From an uncultured Pseudomonadota bacterium (lineage in GTDB: Bacteria; JAMCPX01), in the NCBI GenBank assembly GCA_964547905.1, contig CAZJPN010000040.1, positions 4,067-68,066 on the forward strand: a stretch of 64,000 bases of DNA, given 5' to 3'. This document shows positions 56,877-64,000 of the stretch, piece after piece. Both the position numbers and the translations under genes were made by a program. The notes beneath the pieces were generated by a model. It was not told the DNA's origin and ran no database searches. It saw nothing but the letters and a program-made list of their open reading frames with translations. Positions within the stretch are counted from its first letter, which is position 1. Every line of letters begins with the position of its first letter.

Positions 56877-58346
56877 TTACTTTACCGTTATAAACTGTGC
56901 AAGGACCGTTTTAAGATGTTCGGTATCAAGGGGTATGTCTTTTAATTCCGACCTGTTGACAATATGTCCGAATGTGGTTTCAAGAAAGATCTTGAAATTA
57001 TGTATCGTCTTTCTGAGTTCTATAAATTTGAACCTGTTTAACAGGTCTTCCTCTTTATAGATGCCGATACTGTCAAAAAATTTCTCAAACTCTTCATGAT
57101 CACTGTATCGTACGAGCGAAAAACTTATATCCTGGAAATAATATATGTACTCCTTTATCATAGTAAACAACATCTGGATGGTATAGTTGTGTTTTACGCC
57201 GCTGTCTGTAGTGTTTTGTTCAAAGAACTCAAGTACGTTTTTGAACAGCCATATATCCTCTCTCAATCGTAACGACTGCTCTATCTTTGATACGAAATCA
57301 GGGAATATATCCGTACCTTTTATCGATAGGTCAAACTTGTGGGCAACCAGGATAATGGATTGTTGAATAAAATTTGCAAGGATGCCTTTGGCGGAATCTA
57401 TTGCAGCCCGTAGTTTTAAAAGATTTCCTATCTCTATTGCGTCTTTCAGTATCTGTCCAAAAACCTTTCTGATCTCTATGCTGAGTTGAAAAGACAGGGA
57501 ATCTATCGTTGCGATTATACTCTCATCGTATCGGTTGTTTTCTTTTTTCTTGAGGAACTCGTCGTCGAGGAATTTTGTTATCATCTTTGCTTCGGAGTTT
57601 ATAAGTGTAAATAAAAGGAGTGAAGCCCTCAGCTCTTCGATGTCTTCGGATTCATTGTTTATATGCCTCAGATATCGAATAAGTTTGAACAGAGATAAAA
57701 ACACAATGGATATTTTTACCCTCAAATTCTCGTTTGTTATGCCGTTTACTATAATTCTTATGTTCCGGTCGTGGATCTTATCATATCTCTCGAGGAATGG
57801 CTCCGATTTGAGAGGATTAAAATACTTGTTGAGAGATATCTCTCTGCTTGTAAGCTGACCGAGATTGCTATACATGGTGTAAGAAACCTTTTTGGTGTTG
57901 GCAACCGTTTCGTAAAGCGCACCGAGGTTCAGAAAAGTTATGTAGAGCAGATAAAGACTGTCTCGTGGAGACGATTGGTTAAGATATAATTCGATAATCC
58001 TGTCCCTTGCATAATCGGCTAAAAGCCGGTTCTCTACATAAGCCTGAAAATAAAACGCATTGGCAGAATGATCAACGAGCAAAAGCCTTATGATGGAAAC
58101 TATGCGTTTTGCGGATCCGGATAGTATTTTGATTTCGTTATAAAAGTTTTTGGATATGATCTGTTCTTTATTCGATAGGGCAAGATTATCTATGTTGAAA
58201 AAACGCTCGGTTGCTTTTAGAAGCATTTCAAGCTCGTCAAGCAGTCTGTCTTTACCTTCTATTGCAAGCGTTTCAAGCCATTTATCCCGTTCTATGGATA
58301 TGGCTTTTTTCATCGTGTAATCTTTTTTAGTATCCATAGTGTTCAT
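56877..58346 (-). CDS. hypothetical protein (all-alpha, no recognisable domain)
   Basis: 489-aa ORF with codon usage like its neighbours. Its start overlaps the gpsA stop by 20 nt, so it is operonic with gpsA and the epimerase. No motif recognised. Confidence 0.5.
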   Translation of the reverse strand: MNTMDTKKDYTMKKAISIERDKWLETLAIEGKDRLLDELEMLLKATERFFNIDNLALSNKEQIISKNFYNEIKILSGSAKRIVSIIRLLLVDHSANAFYFQAYVENRLLADYARDRIIELYLNQSSPRDSLYLLYITFLNLGALYETVANTKKVSYTMYSNLGQLTSREISLNKYFNPLKSEPFLERYDKIHDRNIRIIVNGITNENLRVKISIVFLSLFKLIRYLRHINNESEDIEELRASLLLFTLINSEAKMITKFLDDEFLKKKENNRYDESIIATIDSLSFQLSIEIRKVFGQILKDAIEIGNLLKLRAAIDSAKGILANFIQQSIILVAHKFDLSIKGTDIFPDFVSKIEQSLRLREDIWLFKNVLEFFEQNTTDSGVKHNYTIQMLFTMIKEYIYYFQDISFSLVRYSDHEEFEKFFDSIGIYKEEDLLNRFKFIELRKTIHNFKIFLETTFGHIVNRSELKDIPLDTEHLKTVLAQFITVK

Positions 58347-59349
58347 CTTTTAACGACCTGCCCAATAATGATTTGATGGACTCTTTTGCGTCTTTACCCC
58401 TGTGCAGGATCTCGTATATTTCCGCCGATACCGGCATATCAATATTCAGTTTCTCGGAAATCATTTTGACGGATACCGATGTCTGTACGCCTTCTGCTAC
58501 CATGATCATGCTGTCCAATATGTCCTTTATACGTTCGCCTCTCCCGATTTTGAATCCAACAGTCCTGTTCCTGCTTTGTTCGTCCGTTGCCGTGAGAACA
58601 AGATCCCCGAGTCCGGATAACCCGGAAAATGTTTCCTTCTTCGCGCCCATTTTTATACCGAGTCGTATTATCTCGGCAAGTCCTCTTGTTATAATGGCTG
58701 CCCTTGCACTCTTGCCTATATTTGCTCCATCGCATATACCCGCAGCTATGGCTATCACATTTTTAAGGCTTCCTCCAAGCTCAACGCCTGTCACATCATC
58801 CGCAGCATAGAGCCTTAGCGTCTTGGTATTTAGGGTATTCTGGAGTTCTCTGGCTGTCTGTATGTTGTCCGAAGCTATAGTGACTGCCGTCGGCATACCT
58901 GCTATAACCTCTTTTGCAAAGCTTGGCCCCGAAAGAGCGGCACAAATGATGTCTTTGCCCAATACATCCTTTATAACCTCTGTCGGCCGCATGAGTGTCG
59001 AGGTTTCGATACCTTTAATCGCACTCACGACAACGGCATCTTTTTCTCTATATGAACCCACATGCTTTATTATGTCGCGCATGTATTGAGAAGGCACCAC
59101 GATTATGAGAAGTTTTTGTTTTTGGATTGCCTCTTGGATATCGACGAACGCCCTAATCCTTTCGGATAGGACAATGCCTGGCATAAAATAGGTATTTATG
59201 TGCCTGGTATTTATGTCGTCACAAAGCTCTTTTTCTCTGGCCCATAAAGAGACAGTGTAATCATTTACCGCCAGTATATGCGATAGGGCTGTTCCCCAGC
59301 TTCCGGCACCGATAACAGCGATCTTCTTCTCCACGTATAACTCCTTCAT
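58327..59349 (-). CDS. gpsA: NAD(P)H-dependent glycerol-3-phosphate dehydrogenase
   Basis: Start moved to the internal ATG (MKELYVEKKIAVIGAGSWGTAL). 340 aa, the typical GpsA length and motif. Confidence 0.85.
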   Translation of the reverse strand: MKELYVEKKIAVIGAGSWGTALSHILAVNDYTVSLWAREKELCDDINTRHINTYFMPGIVLSERIRAFVDIQEAIQKQKLLIIVVPSQYMRDIIKHVGSYREKDAVVVSAIKGIETSTLMRPTEVIKDVLGKDIICAALSGPSFAKEVIAGMPTAVTIASDNIQTARELQNTLNTKTLRLYAADDVTGVELGGSLKNVIAIAAGICDGANIGKSARAAIITRGLAEIIRLGIKMGAKKETFSGLSGLGDLVLTATDEQSRNRTVGFKIGRGERIKDILDSMIMVAEGVQTSVSVKMISEKLNIDMPVSAEIYEILHRGKDAKESIKSLLGRSLKDEHYGY

Positions 59350-59659
59350 TTTATAGCAGCGAGGAAAAATTTCTTTTTTATTATCTACGACTTTAAAAAA
59401 TTTGCAAGCAATAAATTTAAGTGTATCAAAAATACATTTGCAAAACTTCTCCATCAAAACCCAAATATTCAAAACAAACAATGAAAGAACAAAACCTGGT
59501 TTAATTTTGTTTCTTTGGATTTGTTGAGGGTTTCGATATTAGAATTTATTAGTATTTAAGGAAATTGTGAATCGCACGACCTATGCTTTTACAGCCGTAT
59601 ATTTCTCATCGAGCGATTTGCGATTAAATCGGGCTGATCGTAAAGAAGAAATGCATGTT

Positions 59660-60907
59660 TTATAAATGCTGAATTGCACCGACTATATCCATATCTTTCA
59701 CCTTCTCCTGGTGTCCGTCGGAAAGTCGCTTCAGTGTAACATATCCTTCTTTTAATTCATCCTTACCTATGATGGCGACTGCAAAAGATTTTATTCTGTC
59801 TGCACGCCGCATCATACTCTTGATAGTTTTTTCGCCGTATCCTATTTCACACGTTTTTTCCGCCTGTCTCAACAGCAGTGCAATATCAAGCGCCTTTTGC
59901 TTGGCTTCTTCTGTTAAGGGAATAATAAAAACATCGAGCCCATTTATAGATGGTGTGTCTATCAATCCTGCAATACGCTCGACACCCATTGCAAAACCAA
60001 TTGCAGGCGTGTGTGTGCCCCCGAACAATTCGACAAGATAGTCATACCTCCCGCCTGCGAGTACTGCATTCTGTGCCCCGGCATCTTCAGCGGTAAATTC
60101 GAATACGGTTCTTGAATAGTAATCAAGTCCTCTTACGAGTCTCGGATCGATGAGATAGAATAATTTCAATCCATCAAGACCTGCTTTAACTGTATTGAAA
60201 TGTGCCGAGCAATTGCTGCATAGATAATCTGTTGTTTTTGGTGCATCTGCTGTGGCTGCAATGCAACCGTGTTTTTTACAGTCCAGAATTCGCAGAGGGT
60301 TTGTATCGATTCTCCTTTTACAATCATCGCACAGTTTATCTTTTATGGTGTTGAGGTATGATTTTAATGCCTGTGTGTATCCGGGTCTGCAATCCGGACA
60401 TCCTATTGAATTGATTCTTATGGTTATACCCTTTACAGAAAGGGCTTCGATTATCATATCTGCAAGTTTTATAATTTCGATATCTATAAAGGGATCGGCT
60501 ATGCCCAGGCTCTCACACCCTGTCTGATAGAACTGTCTGAACCTCCCCTTTTGCGGTCTCTCATGCCGGAACATCGGTCCTGTATAAAACCATTTCTGTA
60601 TGGGATCCTGCTTGTCTATACTGTGTTCAAGGTATGCCCTGACGGCGGATGCTGTACCCTCGGGTCTCAGAGAGAGGGAATCACCGCCGGTGTCTTGAAA
60701 GGTATACATCTCTTTCTCTATTATATCTGTTCCTGTGCCGATGCTTCTCACGAACAGGTCTGTTTTTTCAAGCAGCGGGGTGCGGATCTCTTTGAAATTA
60801 TAAAGGTTGAAATACTTTTTTGCGATATCTTCTATGTGTTGTAATTTATAGCTTTCGGGATAAAATATATCATTAAAACCACGGATAGATTGAAACTTGC
60901 TGTCCAT
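59660..60907 (-). CDS. hisS: histidine--tRNA ligase
   Basis: 415 aa of class II aaRS with motifs 1-3 (FRHERPQKGRFRQFYQ; GGRYD) and an anticodon-binding domain. Confidence 0.9.
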   Translation of the reverse strand: MDSKFQSIRGFNDIFYPESYKLQHIEDIAKKYFNLYNFKEIRTPLLEKTDLFVRSIGTGTDIIEKEMYTFQDTGGDSLSLRPEGTASAVRAYLEHSIDKQDPIQKWFYTGPMFRHERPQKGRFRQFYQTGCESLGIADPFIDIEIIKLADMIIEALSVKGITIRINSIGCPDCRPGYTQALKSYLNTIKDKLCDDCKRRIDTNPLRILDCKKHGCIAATADAPKTTDYLCSNCSAHFNTVKAGLDGLKLFYLIDPRLVRGLDYYSRTVFEFTAEDAGAQNAVLAGGRYDYLVELFGGTHTPAIGFAMGVERIAGLIDTPSINGLDVFIIPLTEEAKQKALDIALLLRQAEKTCEIGYGEKTIKSMMRRADRIKSFAVAIIGKDELKEGYVTLKRLSDGHQEKVKDMDIVGAIQHL

Positions 60908-60921
60908 GCGGTTCTCTAAAA

Positions 60922-62526
60922 TCAGCTTTTTGATTTTTTATATTTCAAGAGCCTGTAGTTTATGCTGTCCACGAGAGCGATCCAGCTTGCCTCGATGATA
61001 TTCTGTGATACGCCAACAGTACCCCATCTGTTTGTCCCATCGCCTGATTCTATGAGAACCCGTACCGATGCCCCGGTCCCTTCACCGGAAGAAATTACCC
61101 TGACTTTGAAATCCAACAATTTTACATTTCTTAGTTCGGGATAAAACTTCTCCAATGCTTTTCTAAGGGCGTTATCCAGAGCATTGACAGGCCCATTGCC
61201 CATTGCAGCCGTGTGCTCAAGCTTCCCGTCAACCTCGAGCATAATGGTTGCCTCTGCTATAGGCGGTTCATCCTCTTTTCTCTTTTCGTCTATTACCCTG
61301 AAGCCCACAAGCCTGAAGAATTTCCTGTGTCTGTTCATAGACTTATTTATGAGCAGTTCAAGGGACGCTTCTGCAGCCTCATACTGATACCCTTTATTCT
61401 CAAGCTCCTTAATAGTTCTCACAATACGTGATGCATCCACAGCATTATAAAGACTTATACCAAGCTCTTTAGACTTCATGAGAATATTGGCTTTGCCGGA
61501 CAAATCGGACACAAGTATGCGTCTGCTGTTCCCTACGAGTGCAGGGTTTATATGTTCATATGTTTTTGTATTTTTTACAATGGCATCCACATGAACGCCG
61601 GCCTTGTGGGCAAAGGCGCTGTCTCCAACGTACGGCAGGTATTGATTCGGCGGCAGATTGGCCAATTCATCAACAAGCCTTGAAATCTCCTTCAGCCGTT
61701 TGAGGTTTTCACCCAGCACATTATAACCCATCTTTAATTGCAGCGGTGGAATGATGGAACACAGGTTTGCATTGCCGCACCGTTCTCCATAACCGTTGAT
61801 TGTACCCTGGAGATGACGAACGCCATGTTTTACCGCAATCAGCGTGCTTGCAACCGCTGTTTCAGAATCATTGTGCAGATGTATGCCAAGCTTATCAGGG
61901 TTTATGAGCACTTTGACATCTTCAATGATGTTTTCTATGTCCCACGGCATTGTGCCGCCGTTTGTGTCGGCAAGCACTATACGATCCGCGCCGCCCTGCT
62001 CGGCCGCGAGAATGGTCTTCAGAGCGTATTCTTTGTTGTTTTTGTAACCGTCAAAGAAATGCTCTGCGTCATAGATAACGCCGCTCATGTACCTTTTTAA
62101 AAATTTTACAGAATCGAATATAAGCTCAAGATTTTCATCGAGTGATATACGCAGTGCATCTCTCACATGGAGGTCCCAGCTTTTGCCGAATATCGTGGCA
62201 TAGTCTACACCCGATTCTACGATTGCCCTCAGGTTGGTATCATTTGCAGCGGTTACGCCTTTTTTTCGCGTGCTTCCAAACGCAGTAAGATGTGTTTCCT
62301 TCAGTTTTATTGCGGAAGCCTTTTTAAAAAACTCGATATCCCTTGGATTCGAACCGGGCCATCCGCCTTCTACATAGGCAAAGCCTATATCCTCAAGGGC
62401 GTTGAGGATTCTCAACTTATCTTCCACGGAAAAATTTACGCGTTCAGACTGAGAGCCGTCCCTTAAAACAGTATCATAAACCTCTATTTTTTTAGAAGTC
62501 ATGGAATGGTTCAGGGATTTGCTCAC
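60922..62526 (-). CDS. citramalate synthase / 2-isopropylmalate synthase family (LeuA/CimA long form)
   Basis: 534 aa. LRDGSQ...[11 protein letters not shown]-terminal signature, HxH metal site (HLHND) and a C-terminal LeuA-dimer regulatory domain. The GGWPGSNP motif favours CimA-type. Confidence 0.75.
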   Translation of the reverse strand: MSKSLNHSMTSKKIEVYDTVLRDGSQSERVNFSVEDKLRILNALEDIGFAYVEGGWPGSNPRDIEFFKKASAIKLKETHLTAFGSTRKKGVTAANDTNLRAIVESGVDYATIFGKSWDLHVRDALRISLDENLELIFDSVKFLKRYMSGVIYDAEHFFDGYKNNKEYALKTILAAEQGGADRIVLADTNGGTMPWDIENIIEDVKVLINPDKLGIHLHNDSETAVASTLIAVKHGVRHLQGTINGYGERCGNANLCSIIPPLQLKMGYNVLGENLKRLKEISRLVDELANLPPNQYLPYVGDSAFAHKAGVHVDAIVKNTKTYEHINPALVGNSRRILVSDLSGKANILMKSKELGISLYNAVDASRIVRTIKELENKGYQYEAAEASLELLINKSMNRHRKFFRLVGFRVIDEKRKEDEPPIAEATIMLEVDGKLEHTAAMGNGPVNALDNALRKALEKFYPELRNVKLLDFKVRVISSGEGTGASVRVLIESGDGTNRWGTVGVSQNIIEASWIALVDSINYRLLKYKKSKS

Positions 62527-63740
62527 TTTGCCTTGTCAAGTCCGAATGCTTCGTGAAGCACCCTTACAGCAAGTTCTGTATACTTTGCCTCTATGACACA
62601 TGATATCTTTATTTCCGAGGTACTGATCATCTGTATGTTTATGTTCTCTTTTGCAAGTGCAGAAAACATTTGTTGTGCAACGCCTGCATGGCTTCTCATG
62701 CCTGCACCTATGATGGAAATCTTTGCTATGCTCTGATCCGATACCACATTTTTGGCATTGATATCCTTTGCAATATCTTTTATTATCTCCATTGCACGTT
62801 TGAAATCGCTCTTTGCTACGGTGAATGTAAGATCCGTATTGCCTTCTGTGCTGATGTTTTGAACGATCATGTCCACGTTTATATTCGCATCTGTCAACGG
62901 CTTAAAGAGCTTTGATGCAATACCCGGTTTGTCGGGTATTTGTACAAGTGTTATTTTTGCCTCATTTTTGTCATACGCTATACCGGAAACTACTGCTTCT
63001 TCCATATCTTTATCCTCCGTTACCAATGTTCCTCCACTGTCTGTGAAGGTAGATTTTACCATTACTGGAACCTTATACTTCATTGCAAACTCTACAGACC
63101 TTGTTTGCAAAACCTTTGCTCCAAGGCTTGCCATTTCAAGCATTTCTTCAAAGGAAATCTTATCAAGCCTTCTCGCCTCTGGTACAATGTTCGGATCCGT
63201 GGTGTATACGCCGTCAACATCTGTGTATATCTCGCACACATCCGCTTTGAGGGCTGCAGCAAGGGCAACCGCAGTTGTATCCGATCCTCCCCTGCCAAGG
63301 GTTGTGATATTGCCTTTATCATCAATACCCTGAAAACCCGCAACCACCACAACGTAGCCATCCTTGAGCGCCTTTCTTATCTTTGTATCTTCTATTTTCA
63401 GGATGCGGCTTTTCGAATAAGCAGAATCCGTTACTATAGGTACCTGAAAACCGAGAAAGGATTTTGCCTTATGCCCCATTGCATTGAGTGCTATGGATAA
63501 AAGGCCAATCGTAACCTGCTCGCCTGTTGATACAACCACGTCATACTCTCTAAGGTCCGGTATCTCTGCTGTTTTATTGGTGTAGTCAACAAGTTTGTTT
63601 GTTTCGCCAGACATTGCAGATACAACAACGATGAGGTCATCTCCCTTGTCCTTTGCCTTTGCCACTTTTCTTGCTACGTTTTTGATCTTATCTATATCTC
63701 CCACTGATGTTCCGCCGAATTTTTTAACCACTAAAGCCAT
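62523..63740 (-). CDS. lysC: aspartate kinase
   Basis: 405 aa starting KFGGTSV, with VVVSAMSG and two C-terminal ACT domains. Confidence 0.9.
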   Translation of the reverse strand: MALVVKKFGGTSVGDIDKIKNVARKVAKAKDKGDDLIVVVSAMSGETNKLVDYTNKTAEIPDLREYDVVVSTGEQVTIGLLSIALNAMGHKAKSFLGFQVPIVTDSAYSKSRILKIEDTKIRKALKDGYVVVVAGFQGIDDKGNITTLGRGGSDTTAVALAAALKADVCEIYTDVDGVYTTDPNIVPEARRLDKISFEEMLEMASLGAKVLQTRSVEFAMKYKVPVMVKSTFTDSGGTLVTEDKDMEEAVVSGIAYDKNEAKITLVQIPDKPGIASKLFKPLTDANINVDMIVQNISTEGNTDLTFTVAKSDFKRAMEIIKDIAKDINAKNVVSDQSIAKISIIGAGMRSHAGVAQQMFSALAKENINIQMISTSEIKISCVIEAKYTELAVRVLHEAFGLDKAK

Positions 63741-64000
63741 ATTTTTTTACCTCTCTTGAAATTTTTGCTGTTTCCTATTTCACCCAAAATTTCTTTTTTG
63801 CCTTTTAATGCTATCAATCTACCATCCTTTTTAATACTGAAAATTAAAAACAAATCAAGATAATTTGCAAGAGATTTAAACTTTTCTGGCCATTCTATCA
63901 AAAGGAATCCTTTGTCCGAATCTAAATCATAGATACCGATTCTGGTTAATTCGTCATCTGAATTTATTCTGTAGAGATCCGCGTGAAATATCGGTACCGT
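63731..64000 (-). CDS. tsaE: tRNA threonylcarbamoyladenosine biosynthesis protein TsaE (C-terminal part; gene starts beyond the window end)
   Basis: Reverse-strand frame open from 64000: ...[36 protein letters not shown]... This matches TsaE/YjeE (HxDLYRL...EWPE). The stop overlaps the lysC start by about 10 nt. Confidence 0.6.
   Translation of the reverse strand, partial: TVPIFHADLYRINSDDELTRIGIYDLDSDKGFLLIEWPEKFKSLANYLDLFLIFSIKKDGRLIALKGKKEILGEIGNSKNFKRGKKIWL

Noticed and set aside
59482-59659. Possible small RNA or terminator hairpin (AAACC-T-GGTTT) in the 310-nt hisS-gpsA spacer
   Set aside because: The stem is short and AT-rich and I recognised no conserved ncRNA features. It is probably just the gpsA promoter region.

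Overview
This looks like a 64-kb chromosomal segment of a moderately GC-poor (about 43% GC) bacterium, probably an anaerobic Gram-negative lineage. Supporting that: an RpoH-type sigma-32, a LapA/LapB-like fusion, a complete 14-gene NADH:quinone oxidoreductase operon and a glycyl radical enzyme.

Most of the window is housekeeping:
- 5' partial ABC-transporter ATPase, ndk, rlmN, pyrD, tRNA-Arg(CCG);
- nuoABCDEFGHIJKLMN;
- the conserved rplU-rpmA-obg-proB-proA-nadD-rsfS-rlmH block;
- accD, gpsA, hisS, a citramalate/isopropylmalate-synthase-family gene, lysC, and a 3' partial tsaE.

Accessory or unusual content:
1. A glycyl-radical-enzyme (GRE) locus on the minus strand: SDR oxidoreductase, a 994-aa GRE, a ~200-nt structured spacer, then the activase. 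The GRE carries a ~175-aa N-terminal SCP2 (sterol-carrier-like) lipid-binding domain. I do not recognise this from any characterised GRE. It is the best candidate for a novel system.
2. A second, stand-alone SCP2 protein in an operon with a saccharopine-dehydrogenase-family enzyme and an APC permease. Also in the window are a cholesterol-oxidase-like GMC oxidoreductase, a 3beta-HSD-like epimerase/dehydratase, a lipoprotein lipase, and a PLC-like/PAP2 pair. Together these suggest a loose lipid/sterol theme.
3. A ~100-bp GC-rich palindromic repeat element with hairpin termini, present in two intergenic copies about 52 kb apart.
4. A 749-aa Hanks-type Ser/Thr kinase with reversed architecture (N-terminal TM, then about 20 copies of a 13-residue repeat, TPRs, and a C-terminal kinase). 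A small zinc-ribbon ORF and a LapA-LapB-like fusion lie next to it.
5. A polysaccharide cluster (GT4, MraY/WecA-family phosphotransferase fusion, GT2). Its first gene has no canonical start codon and is preceded by an AT-rich direct-repeat array.
6. An orphan radical-SAM protein of the putative DNA modification/repair family with a HhH tail.
7. A 489-aa all-alpha protein of unknown function in the gpsA operon.

No CRISPR array, rRNA, transposase or integrase was seen. Coordinates of non-CDS features are approximate (+/- 3 nt).
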